From positions 1,240,001 to 1,304,000 of the forward strand of contig OY253673.1 of NCBI GenBank assembly GCA_958009085.1: a DNA stretch of 64,000 nucleotides. The letters run 5' to 3'. The translations under genes were made by a program, and so were the position numbers. The notes under the pieces are model-generated. The model had not been told where the DNA came from, did not search any database, and worked only from the letters and a program-made list of their open reading frames with translations. Every line of letters starts with the position of its first letter. Position 1 is the stretch's first letter. Of this stretch, positions 14,101-26,801 are shown in pieces. Source of the DNA: Protoeuglena noctilucae (taxonomy: Eukaryota).

Positions 14101-14755
14101 ATCGCCAAGAGGACGACGCTCACACGCGGCGTGCCGGGGACCCAGAGGCCGCCGAGCATGGGCACGTGGGCTTGCAGGGCTACCTGCTCCAGCTGCTCGA
14201 CCCGGCGGAGGAGCGCGCTCGCCCCGTCCACGCTGCTCAGGTACTTCCTGAGCCCAGCCTCGCTGCGCATGTCCTCGGGAAGAGCCGATAGCAAGTCGCG
14301 GTAGACTTCCGGCACCCGCCGCGCGAGGTCCACGAGCTGCGCCGAGGGACGTGGGGAGGGCTCGCCGCATGCTTGTAGACGTGCTCTTCACGACGTCATT
14401 CCCGACGGGCGCGGCGCGAGGGGCTGCAAGCCTGCCGCGCGCGGATGAGATGGCTCCATCCTCGCACCTTGCTTACAACCTCGTCCCGCTGCGCTGCGGC
14501 ATCCTGGGGCAGTCGCTCGGAGCCATCCTTCAGATCCACTCGACGCGTCAGCCTCCACGCGCGCTTCAGCCGCGGCGAGGGCGCGGTGCGAGAGGGCCCG
14601 GCCGAGGCGCTGCGAGCGTGTGCGAGGGACTTGGATCCGCGACCCTCGTGAGCTGCAGCATCTTGTTTCATGACTGCAGCCTTCGACGAAGCCGGATACG
14701 CCCAGCAGCGGCCCCCGAGCTCCTCACCCGGCCGGGAAGACTGGGCGCCGAGCAT
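11155..14755 (-). CDS. Hypothetical multi-exon protein with coiled-coil N-half and hydrophobic C-half
   Basis: A long coding-biased exon at 13317-14337, followed by GT-AG-bounded exons (LFMAQ|LGLSNFVQPLKE, LTLAFVASLAYAEMV, LWSALSQFLTSAFLAWE). No family recognised and the start is approximate. Confidence 0.65.
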
Positions 14756-14911
14756 CCACGGGACACCGGGCCCAGGGTCGGAAGCCGTCCATGGCGTACG
14801 CTTTCGATGCCTCTCTCGATATGCGGCCGCCACTGCCGGCAGCGCGCTTGGAGCCTCGAGATAGTGTCAGATTTTTCTTCTCATTGTCTGACGGGGCCAT
14901 TCGCGTCCATT

Positions 14912-17131
14912 TCACAGCGTCACGCCGACGGTCGCACAGAATAGGGCCACCCATGCGGCCACGGGCAACGCCGAGAGAGGGTAGAGGCGAAGCAGCAGCT
15001 GGGCGAGCCTCCGCGCCAGGGGCTGCGTGGAGGGCTTGAGCTGCATCAGCAACACCAAGTTCTGCGCCGACGGCATCGCCGCCTGCAGGAGGATCGCCAA
15101 GTGGCAGACGGGGTCCTTTGGAAGCCATCGCCGTCCTAGGAAGTAGATCCCCAAACCTGCAAAGCGCGGGGCACACAGAGTGTTTCGCGGAGCACTGTCG
15201 TGTCCATGGACCCCAAGAGCACTCGAGCTGCGCCCACTCACCGGCCATCGGCACCAGGAACGCCCGCACGATGCCTATTGCGACCATCGCCCGCCTCTCC
15301 GAGGGCTCCGACGGCATGATGCGCGCCCTCGTCACGCCCGTGCTACCTCCCGGTTGCGCCAGCGACGCCGCGAGCACCACCGCCTGCACGGGGAGCGTCG
15401 CTGCGCCCAGCATCGCCACGACGTCAAAGACAGCCCGCAGGACATGCAGCGCCCCTCGCGCCTCCCATGGGAGCCCCTGCAGTGCGGAGGCGGGACCGAC
15501 CAAGGCGGGGCCCAAGGGCGAGAGCCCCACCAGGGTCCCTGCCAGGATGCCCCACAACGGCGGGTTCATGACCCCCCCGACGGCCTCCGCCACTCGCCCC
15601 GTCCAACGCGCCGGCGCGAGGCTCCCGGACCGCGACCCTCCAGGCCCTGGCCCCGCCTCCCCATCCCCCGCGGCGAGGGTCTGGCGGTAGCCGTTACGCA
15701 ACCCGACCCCCTCGCCGCGGCCCTCACTGCCCGAGACAGCCCCAGAGCTCGCTTCTCCTTTCCCGGCGTCCCTCGTCACCAGCTGCACCTCTACGGTGCG
15801 CTGCAGCCGACCCGCCCCTGCCCCGGGCGCATCCCCAGCACCGGGCGTGTCCGGCTCGATCACCGCCACGTCCAGCGAGGCCGAAGCAGCCCCGCCGCCC
15901 TCCCTGCGCGTGTCGGACGGCCTCGTGAGGCCAGCCAAAGGCGACAGGGACCCTCCCCATTTCCGGAACCGCCCTTCCAGGCTGCAGTCCTGCCCCTCGA
16001 GCGGAGCGAGGACGCTCGCGGCGTACGTCCATAGCAGCGGCGACCACCCGGCCAAGAAAAGAGCTGCGGGCGTTCGGGAGCCGACGGGTTCGTATGCGGG
16101 CGGTGGTGCCATCGCGCCTGGTGCCTGCCTGCTTATCTGTCCGCTGTACACGCACCAGTGTAGGACACGGCGCTCTCGTACATGTCGCCCGTGAGGAGGG
16201 ACGCGAGGAAGACGAGGGGCAGCGTGAGGGAGTTACCAAACCCGCTGGCCAGCTGCACGAGCTCGGGGGTGCCGGGCGGGTGCGTCTCGCGGCGGCTCAA
16301 CAGCCCGGGCGCTGCGGAGGGGACGCCGATGGCCGCGGCCGTCGACGCCGCGATGGCACGGGCCGCCGCGCTCCCTTTCGACGGGTCCAACGACGACAGG
16401 GATCCGTGTTGGAAACCTTGGACGACCTTGGCTGCGACACGCCCCATGGCAAGGCCGACTGCCACCTGCACAGCAAGCGGGCGACACCGATGAGTGGGAC
16501 CCCTGGTGCTCTGCGACGGGCCTGTCATGGGCAGTGACGCCGTCCCGGCCCCCTCGCCTGCAGGGCAGCCATGCAGGGGACCGAAAGCAGGGCTGTTGAA
16601 CGCGTGGCAGGCTGGGACATGATGCGCACGAGGTTGGCGGCGAGGGTGCAGGGGATGAAGAGGGTGTAGGCTGCTTTGCTCATGACCGAGGGGGTCTCCT
16701 TTGGGAGGATGTCACGGGCCATGAGGGCAGGGACGGCCCAGCACACGAGCCCGATCTTGAAAGTCGCGGTGAGGGCCGCGACCAGCAAGCCAGTGAGGGC
16801 CCCGACGTCAGGGAAGCTCGGCAGCAACGTCTGCGGTCGAGGGGAGCGGGCTTGGTGTGCTGATGTGCGCGGGGGACGCGAAAGATCTGCCATGCCACGG
16901 CATGTTGGGGCGGCTCACGGAAAGGACGTGGCCATGGGCGCGACAATTACGTCTCTTCTTTCCCTCAGCCGAGGCTGGGCTTCGCCGCGCGTGGGTCGAA
17001 CGCAGGAGTGGCTTGGGCGTGGCTGGTCCCACGGCCCGCGACGCTCCGAGCGGACATCGCGCCCGTGCGGGCACCGGGGGTCTAACATGGTCCCCAGTAG
17101 CCCATCGCGAGACCGTCAGGCCAACAACCAT
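14912..17131 (-). CDS. PIN-LIKES (PILS) auxin efflux carrier family membrane protein
   Basis: Motifs MSKAAYTLFIPC, LASGFGNSLTLPLVFL, MNPPLWGILAG, LGAATLPVQAVVLAASL and LPKDPVCHLAILLQAAMPSAQNLV are typical of PILS/Mem_trans proteins. The start is inferred from an upstream exon. Confidence 0.85.
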
Positions 17132-17567
17132 CGACAACGTGGGCGAAGGGAGATGAGGAGGCGTGCGCAACTCGTTTGATGGTGTGACGACGTGGAGGAG
17201 GCACGTACCCAGTGAAACTGATCAAGGGATGCACGGAGGAATGGCTCGGGGCAGGATGGCTGAAACGCTGGGATTCATGCGGCAGCGCCGGGCGCAGGAT
17301 CACAGGGCAACCCCCACACCTCGGCCAGAGCCTACTCATCACAACAAACGACAGCGATGTCACTCATTCCCTCGCCGAGTGCGATGCCCGCCTGGTCGTC
17401 CCATTCACTGCGGGGCACTTACGACGGCATCGCTCTCGCTTTGTCCGAGTCCCGGCCCGATTTTGGGGCTTTCCGCCCGCGTCCATGAACTAGCAGCGAC
17501 GACCTGTATTTCCTTGTAGCCATTGGGGCGTGGCGGGTGTGGGGCGCCCCGGGGGCGCAGCGGAGGA

Positions 17568-20500
17568 ATGCATCAGCGAGGCCGCGTCTGCCGGCTCTCC
17601 CAGCAGCTCCTCCAGGCCACAGCGCGGGGCGGGAACGCTGGCATCTATGAAGCGTTGAGTTCGCGGCCCGCTCGCGATGGGAGCAGATCGGCGTCATGCA
17701 GCGACGCGGCGGGCTTGGCCGCGAAGGCGGCCGCAGGGCTGGCGGCAGCGACAGACAGGTGCGGGGCGGCGTTTCTGCAGATGCGGATCGGTGATGCGTT
17801 GACCTATGGGCAGCCTACGTGCATCATGGGAATTCGCGACTCGGCCGCTCGCGCAGGACGTGGCGCCGAGGCTTCGTCACGACAGCACGCTCCCTGTCGG
17901 CCCTCCTGCTCGCTAAGACGTGGCGAGGCGGGGACGCGGCGCCGGCGCGATCGAAGGGCGCAGATGTGTCAAGGAGTCCGCGGTCGGGGCCCCCGAGTGG
18001 CAGGGGCGTTGGGCAAGAAGACGCTGTTGGGGTCATGCGAGAGCTGGAGTTCGCGGTGAACGCGGGCGACGGGGTCCTTCTTGCGCGAAAGCTTTTCCAG
18101 ATAACGGAGATCATGCGGCACACGTACAGTGAACAGAAGGAGGCGCTCGCGGCGGAGGGGGGTGACACGATAGCGGGGAGGCGCCGGGCGCTGCGGGAGG
18201 CCCGCCAGGCCGTCGATGGCGACCCATTTGCGAGCCGCATCCGCGCCCTCCAAACAAAACTGTACAAGGACCTCGACGGAATCTCGCACAAGGACCTCAC
18301 GATGGCCTTGATGGCCCTTGGTCCCGAGGTGGGCGGGGCGGACGGAGTCGTGCTTTTGCTTGCTGTGCACGTGCCTCTGTGCCTGTGCATGCTGAGCCTG
18401 TGCTTAAGCCTGTTCCTCTGCACAGCGGTCCGTCTCCCGCCACCGGCACCCTGCCCGCTCACCGATCGTCGCGCTGTCTGTCCCAGATTCAACACCTCGG
18501 TCTTGAAGACCTGCAGCGGGTGCTGAAGTCCATCGCGCAGCTCACACACCAAGGCCGCCTCCTCCACGTGCTCGACCAATACGTGGTGGTGCCAGCCGTC
18601 TCCCGGGCCGCGGAATTCGCTGACCAGCTCGGCCCTGGGGCTTACCCAGGTGAGCGGGCACTCGCAGGGAGCCAGCTGGCCCCGCCGGGAGCCCCACAGC
18701 TCGTCTGGTCCATACACGTCAGCTATATTTGTTCAAAAGCCGGGCATCTGCTTGCAGACACCCTGCTTCGGGAGACGTGCCTCATCGCTTGCCAAGTGTC
18801 CATGCGCAAGTCCAAGTGGCGGCCTACGGAGGAGGCCCTGGGCCCTCTACTGCCGCGTGTCATACGTGGTACGCGTTTCAGGTGCCCCTAAGTCTGCAGC
18901 GGTCACCCGGGAGGTGTAGGGATCCGTGTCGCATAGCCCAATGCGCTTTGGCGATCTTTGTTTCAAAGGATGACATGGCTTGCGGGTGAATGTTCCGGCA
19001 GCTCATGGCCCAAAGCACTCTTGCACGTTCCCTCTGTCGACATCCTGCCCTCCCTTCGCCTGCAGGATACAAGACGTTTTGCTGTCTGAGAAGCCGGTGG
19101 CCGACGCCGAACATGCGCTGCAGTCCTTCCGCTTCGGTCGAGTGAGTCGCTGATATGTGTTTCATTTCACGCATTTCACGATCTCAGACCGAAAGAGCCC
19201 CTGCTGTCTTCCAAAGGAACCCTAGCCACGGAACCCGGCACCCAACCATTGGTGCCCTCCACGCACCCTCGCCGCAGTTCGCGCTGGGATTGTGGCAACT
19301 ATCGGACGTGACCGAGCGCCAGTCGCTCGCGCGGCAGATGTTCTCCGACTGGCTCGAGATGTACCACACACTGCTGGCGACCCCGCCCGCGGACGTCGTC
19401 TTCCCGGGGTCGAGGTTCGTCCGAGGCTCGGTGAACCCGAACGACCTGTACAAAGGCTTTCGAACCATAGCCATCGCGTTCGCCAGCAAGGACGTGCCCT
19501 ACCGGGAAGGCCCCTCCTGGCACCTGTTCCCTACGTGAGGTCGCTGCCTACCCTGTACCCTGTACCACCCTGCACCAAGGGTCACCTGGACCCGGGACAG
19601 GCTGCTGGAGCCTTGCGAGCGCAGGCTGACGCTCTCGTTTGTGTGCAGGGACCAAGGCACGCGCGATCGATGGGCCACGGCTGTCGCGCACTACTTGCGG
19701 CTGGCGGCGCAGGATCGCTTGATATTGTTTGCTATAAGGCGGGGCGACCGCATTGGGATGGTCGAGGAGATAAATCTTCGCACCAAGGTGGGCCGCCGCG
19801 TCTCAGATTCTGCAGGAATGCACTCAGAGCTGTTTGGGAGCACTGCCTGGGCTGTCCATGCTTAGCAGCCCATTGCACGCGGCCGTTGACTGGCACCACG
19901 GGGCTGCCACCGCGCTCGCAGGACGTCAAAATGGCGCACGCGTGCGGGGCCCTCGTGGAGAGGGAGTGCCAGGAGGGCGCGGTCGAGCTGCTGGCGGGGG
20001 CGACCCCCATCCTCGACACCCTGGGCGCGGACCTGCCGGAGCTGCTCCACAACAGCGTCGTGGCATTCGGGCCCACGGCCATTGAGCGGGCGTGCCCGCG
20101 CATGGGGACGTCCGTCGCGGCCGTCCGCGCTGCCCTGCTGAGCGTGGCGCGCTACCTCTTGGCCAACGTGGTGGCACGGGAGCGGGTGAGCGCTCGCGAG
20201 GCCGCGGGTGGGGCCTGGGGTTTTGGCCATGTGGGGTTAAGCTTCGTGGCGTCATGGGCGTCGATGGGCAAAGTTTGGCCATGTGTTTTGGGCATAGGTG
20301 GAGCGGGTCTGGGCCATATGGCGTTGCATGGGATGTCATCACCGCGTTAGCCAGGCCATGTGACAAAGTTATGGAAGCCGTGGTTATGTCCTCAAAGCGT
20401 GTGCTGTTTGCCTCTCCGTCGTTGGCAGGCGCCGAGGTATGCGGAGGCCCAGGAGGAGGGCAAGAAGCGTGAGGGTAGGAAGAAGCAGGAGATGTCTCCC

Positions 20501-23500
20501 GCCACCCGTGAAGCGATCAAGGCGCGGATTGCGCTGGAGATCGCCGGGGCCATCATGTACGGGGAGGCGGCGGCGGGTCCGCCGTGCCTGACGCCGGGAC
20601 TGCAGCGTGCTCACCTGACCTTCGCTCGCATCGCGGAGAGACTGGCCGCCGCTGGCCACACGCTCCCACTCCGGACGTCCGTGCAGGCGAGAGTCGTGCG
20701 AATGCCATGGATGCGCGGCTGACATGGCCAGCAGAGCTCTCGCGAGTCCGCTTGGTTCTCAGAGATACGGCGCCGCTGGAACGTGATGAGCAAACGTGCT
20801 TTTGTCATGGGACAAACGACCTCCCCTCGTTTCATCACGAGTCGTCAGACGGTTCACGGCATCTCGCTCTTTCTCCGCAGGTCCTGGCCGGCCTGGAGAA
20901 GCAGGGCGTGCGTTGCACGACCGCTCTGGACGCCCACGGGTCGCGGTTCATATCGCGATTGGCCGCTGCTGCAAACGCCCAGGACGCGGAGGCCGCCCTC
21001 GCGAAGCGCCCGGAATTGGTCGGCCAGCTGATGCACGCGGCTGCCAACTACTTCACGCCCAACTGGCGGATGCGGCCGAGGGAGGGGCACAAGGGGCGGG
21101 CGGTGACGCCTGGGGTGGTCGTGGCGGTCCAGGTCAGTTGATGGCGGCCCTCATTCCACACCATATATGGAATGCATGGTTATCGTGGAAACATCGGAGC
21201 GCTGCGATGCTGGCAGGCGTGCCCTTTTCAGCAAACAAAATCACATTCATGCGTTAGACCATGCAGGAGCCGCGCCACTCGCCGGACGCTGCGGCGCTGA
21301 TGAAGGCCGTGACCCATCTCGTGCGGGTCCAACAGTTTCAGTCGGAGTCCGCCCCGTCTCCTGCGGCCCTGCTGTCCTGGGCCGTGCACCTGTCACACCT
21401 CCAGGTGACCCATCACAGCGAGATGGTGACATGAGAAGCCGGCGCTTTGCTTCATATAATTGACCCGCGCAGCTCAACACTCGACTCGCTCAAGTCTGTG
21501 ACATGGCTCGTACACACTTCATCGACATGACTCGTACACACCTCATCTCTCTCTTCCCTTCTCAGCACTGGCACTGCCAAGGGCAGGGACCCGACGCGTG
21601 GGACGCGGGGGCAGCTGCAAGCGCCCTTTCGCAGGAGATTGCGTCTGCCCTGCGCGCGTGCATGCCCGCGGGCTACGACGCGGGAGCCGCCGTGGCGACG
21701 CTGGGCGACTGGGCAGCACGGCTGGGCGGGGATGGCCTGAAAGGGCGCGACTGGGACGGTGGCGAGTGGGAGATGCAGGGGAGCGTCTGCGTGACCGTAC
21801 CCGATTCCGACGAGGCTTCCGGAGTGCGACGATTCGCGGAGGGGGCAGCGGACACCTGGGCACAGCTGGCGGGGTTGCAGGAGTTCCGCCAAACCAAGGG
21901 CCGCATGACGATGCCGACCACGGCAGACCTTCTGCGCTGGGAGACCGAGGGTCTCGCCGCGCTGCACCTGGTGAGGCAGCCGAGGAGCGCCCGCGTTTTC
22001 AGCAGAGTGGTTCCCTGGCCCCGCTGTTTGCGTCGACTGAAATTTTTTGTGCCCCGCTCGCCGGCAGGGTAGCTGGCCCGCAGTCACGGGCGGCGCGTCT
22101 TTGCAGAGCACATACTCTTATGCATCGTTTGACAACGTGCTGTCGTTCCCAACCCCTGCAGATGGACCTGCCTCAGCTGTCGACGGTCGCGCGGGCGTGG
22201 AGCGTGACGGCCCGCGAGGGCGCGTTCGCGCCGTCTGCCACGTCCCGCCTCGAATTCCACGTCCGCGCCGCCACGCTCCTCGCGCGGCTGGCCTCAGAGC
22301 GGCGCGAAGGGGCGGTTGACGGGGCGCAAGAGGCGGAGGTGGAAGTGCGGAGGGCGCTGCAGCTTGTGGCAGCGGCCAGCCACGCGCAGCTGGCGGCGGA
22401 TGCGGTGGGCGCCACGTCCAAGGGCGCCATCCTCGTCCAGGCGTGCCTCGTGCCCCTGCGCTGCCTGAGCGCAGAGGTGTCGCGGCTCGCGCAACGCCAC
22501 GGCGTTTCCGTCACGCTGGGGCCAGGCGCCCCGGAGGAGACCCACGTGCCCGACAGGTGTGATGAATGTACAGTTTGTAATGCAGTACGCGCCGTCGTGT
22601 CCATCCACGACGGCTCCCTCAGCCCAGAAGAGATGCCTGCACCTGTGCTCACAATGCGCCTTTGGATTGGGCCTGAGAATGTGCCGTGTCTGCAGCTGTG
22701 CAGCTGCGATCGTAGTCGGACGCAGCCTCATGCCGCCCCTGCATCTGTCCTGCAGGCTGGTCCTGGCAGCGGCAGCCAACGACTTCCTCGCGACCCTCTG
22801 CGAACCCGCGGCAGGCGCCGGCCGCGCTGAGGACCTGGCGCTGGGGTGGATGAACCCCGGCGACGCCGCGGCCATCGTCGCGGCCGCGCCGTCCCTGGGA
22901 GTCGCGATCCCTGCGCCGCTCCGCGCCGCCCTGGTCCAGCACGCCCGGGACCGCTTTGCGGCGGAGCTGGCGCGGCTGAGCGTCGACCCGTCCGCGTCCT
23001 GGGGCGACCGGGGCGTGGAGTTCGAGTCTCGCTCGGAGTTCGCGGACCGCCTGGCCCTCTCGCAAAGCCTGCTGCTTTCCGATGCCGTGACGTGGGTGCG
23101 CGCGATGTCTGCCGTGGGGGGGCTGGACGGCGACCCGGCGGGGTGGGACGTCGCCACGGCCATGCTGGCGCGATTCCGGGGCATCCTGCCCTTCCCGGCC
23201 TTCCTGGGCTTCCTCGAGTGAGGGCGCTTGCGATTATGCGATGCGCGGGCGGCGACTGCCAGCGCAGCTCTGCGGCACTCGCGCAGCCCCTCGCTTCCCG
23301 CGTCCCTCGCGGCACTCGCGTGACCTGCCCGCACCCGCAGATCTCTGAACCGCGCCGGCTTGGTCGAGGCGGAGCCCTTGGTGCCCGTGGCTGTGCCCGC
23401 GGCGGCCCGCGCGTTCCTTACGGAGTTCTGCAAGCGCGCCAACGCGCAGTGGGCGGTGCTGCAGGGGCGCACGGTGCTCATGGGCGAGGGGCGCGGTTCC

Positions 23501-23989
23501 CTCACGCATGCCAAGGAGCTCATGGACGCTTTGGACCCATGGCGGGAGGCGGTGGGGATACCCTTGGAGGGACCGCGGGTGTTTCCGGAACCCGCCGGCG
23601 ACGGGACGAGGGCCGAGGCGGCGACGGAAGCGCCGGCACCCACGGGGGCGGCGGAGCTGCCGGCAGTGGCGCGGCGGGTGCGGGCGGGCAGGGCAACTCG
23701 CTTGGCGGCCGAGCCAGTCTATCGGGCCGATGCGACGGCACCACGGCAGTCGAGGGCTGGGAACCGAGTTGTGGAGGGAGGAGGGGCGTTTTGGGAGTTC
23801 ATCCCCGGCAGGAGTGAGCGCACAAAGGAAGGGCGGGGGCGGCGGACGGAGGCGCACATCGCCAAGATGCGCGCCGCGTACGACAAGCAGCGTCGAATCG
23901 TCACCGAGGGCCTGGAGCGGCTTAAGGAGCTCGAGGCGGCCCTTGCGCAGGTCGGCGTGCAGCCCCCGGCGTCGGGGGACGCCAAGTGA
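17568..23989 (+). CDS. Large hypothetical protein (over 1000 aa, about 12 exons), alpha-helical, possibly organelle-targeted
   Basis: A chain of coding-like exons with canonical acceptors (e.g. 17858, 19277, 19922, 20881, 22161, 23341), an Arg/Ser/Ala-rich N-terminus and a C-terminal coiled coil (KMRAAYDKQRRIVTEGLERLKELEAAL). No domain recognised. Confidence 0.6.
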
Positions 23990-24321
23990 CACGATTGAAA
24001 CCGTTTTCTGGCCATCGAGGTCAATCCGCGTCGCCTTCGGCCGATTCCCCATCGGCAATGTGACACAGCGCCGCCCTCATTCCGATCTCCCGTATCCCAC
24101 CGCGCTGGCCCTTTCCGGCGTCCGTGCCGGTGCTCGCGGATCCCCCCAGCAGCGCAGGAAGCCGTCTCGACAGCGCCAGGTGCGTAGATATATCCAATTT
24201 GCGACACGGAGCTTGCGGCTACTGCTGGAACGGCGCCATCGGCGCTCAGCGTGTTCCGAGGGGGCTGCTGTTTCCGAGACTGGACCTTGCCGCCTACCCA
24301 GGACTGGCCGCTCAAATCCCG

Positions 24322-26458
24322 ATGAGAACGATGTCTCCTTCAACGCCTAGGCGATCGGGCGCCGCAGAGATCTGCGGATTCGCCACGCCCGAAGGCCTAG
24401 TGAAGCCGTGGCAGGGGCTCGCGGAATTCGGGGCACGCACGCAGATGGTCGAGCCCATTACCTCGTTACTCGACCCCCAGTGCTCCGATGACGCGGTGAG
24501 GAGCCTCAGCCGGGCCCGCGGCCGCGCCCAGTGCCACCCTGGGGTGCGCGCCAGACGCGCTGGCTGACTCACGGGACCGGCGCGGACGGGGACCCCTCGG
24601 ATGGCGGGAGCTCTGCGGCGCGCGAATGACACGACGTCGAGGTAACTCGCTCCGTCGCCGCGGCCGCGGGAAACCGCACGCCGGCCCTCGTCGCCATGTC
24701 CCGCAGAGCGCAGCGGCGGTCCTGTGGACGACCCCGGCCGCGACCGAGGAGCACATCTCCATTCCGATGGAATGCACCATCGCGTGGAGCCCCCGCGGCC
24801 ACCCGGTCGACATGGCCATCGTCTGCCCCGGCCCCGTCACGTCTCGCAGCCTCGCCTTCCTCTGCAGCAGCTTCTGCGTCTTCCGCTGGTCCCCAGGTGC
24901 TGGTTGGCACGTACTTGGTCCCCGCATGCCAGCCGTACCTCGCGGCGGAGCTTGCGCCGAGCGCCAGCTGCAGCACGTTCGTCGCCAGCCCCATGGGACG
25001 CCCCGCCGTCCGCTTCGCTCGCAGCCCTCCGCGCGTGGAAGTCCGAGACGGCGAAGCTCGAGGTCAACGATGGAAGCGGCCTGATGCTCCCCGTCGTGGC
25101 CCTGGTCGTCCGCGTCGACCTCCGGGCCGTGTGCGACGCCCTCACCCTCATGCACGCGAGCCTCTACCCGGGCGCAGCTGGCGGGGTGAGGTTGGCAGAC
25201 GGACGGGTTTTGCTCGCGCTATGGGATAGGAACGGTCGCCGCCAAGGCTTCAGAGTGCTCAGCTCGTACCTGAAACACCAGCTGCACTCGCCAGATGAGA
25301 CGCGGCTCTTGCATTTCGCATCGCAGGCGGCGGCCCCGCCGCCGGAGAAGCAGATGCGTGAGCGCACGATCGGTGACTACATCTCCCAGTGGACCTCCTG
25401 CGCGCACGTGCGCCACAAGGGCGCCCAGCAGCCCGGTTCGTGTGGCCAGTGCGCGTCCTCCCGCATGCGCCAGCTCACGTATGATCACGTGGTACGTACC
25501 TGGGACTACACGGGGTACCTCGTGCCCTTCGAGGCGCGCCTCAGCCCCCTCGGCGCTCTCCTGACCGAGGTGGGAGCTGAGCTGCTGCGATGGATGCGAG
25601 ATGGCATTGGCTTTGCGCTTAAGGCTCCGCGTCGGCTGTGCTCTCCTCTGCGACACGGCCATCTGCGGATTGGTGGCAGCTGATGCATGCCGACACGCAC
25701 TGCGACGTGGTGCCGCCGTGGAGTGAGAGCGATTGTGACGGTCTGTAAGCACGCCCCACCTGCAGTGGCGGTGCCTGGAGATGAAGGTGCTGCTTCAGAA
25801 GGCGGCCAACCGGGTCATGTACGCGCGGTGCACGTCCAAGCCCGGGAAGGGCGAGGCCTTCCGCCTGGCGCCGTCCAGCCTGACGCACTTCGCAGGCGAG
25901 AATGGGGCAAGCTCGGCCGCGCTGCCTGCGCCCTCGCAACGCTCAGCCCTCATGCACAGTTTGCAGCTGCGCCATGCAGCGGACCCAAACACTCTACTCA
26001 CAACTGCTGTGTCACCTCTCCTTGCCATCTCCACCCCCCCGGACACCCTGCGCAGGGCCCAACAGCAGCTCCGAGTCCCTTCGCATCGCCATGGACATCG
26101 CGGCGGCATCTGGGCTCCACTACCACCGGTGAGGCCCCGCGCGGAGACTGGCACGTGCCCCTTGATGCGCGGAGATGCACAAGTAGAAGTGTGGATGGCC
26201 TGTTGGGGTCCCCAACAGACATGCCGCTGGGGCGTTGCAGAGAGGCCACCTCGCCCCAATGCTGTGTTCTGCACCGTAAAAGTCGCCAGTCGTTCCTCCT
26301 TCCTCCGCAGCGCCGCCCTCGCGAGCTACGCCCAGCAGTTCGTCGACCAGCTGTGCTTTGCGGACGGCCTGCCACGCCACATTCTGGCGATGCAGCTGCC
26401 AGAGGTCGACGCCCCCCACCGCAGCTGCTGGCACGAGATGACCGTGGCCGAGGCCTGA
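24322..26458 (+). CDS. Hypothetical protein (4 exons)
   Basis: Phase-compatible exons: ...DPQCSDDA|SAAAVLW...FRWSP|APWDAPP...LGALLTE|WRCLEMK...TVAEA*. No family recognised. Confidence 0.55.
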
Positions 26459-26801
26459 CGCGGCGGCAGTCCCACACCCCAAGTTCTCGAGCCAGCCGCA
26501 TGAAACGCCAGAGAGGCGCCAGACAGCCACGACGTCGGGGCAGAGCAGCCCACGTCCCAGCAGCGCCCACGTCACGGCCGGTCGTGCAGTTTCAAGCGAC
26601 ACGCTTGCCGCTCACCGATACTAGGCGCGCATGTCCCGATAGCCCCATTCCTAGCGCCTCGCGTGCACGGCCAGGCCAGTCGCGCGGCGCGCAACAAAGC
26701 TAGGACCCATCGGCGAACGCCGTAGCTCGCTTCATAAGCGAACAAGCAGTTAAAAAGCACAATAAGCAGCGCGCGGCCGACGCCACGGCACCGGACGCGC
26801 C

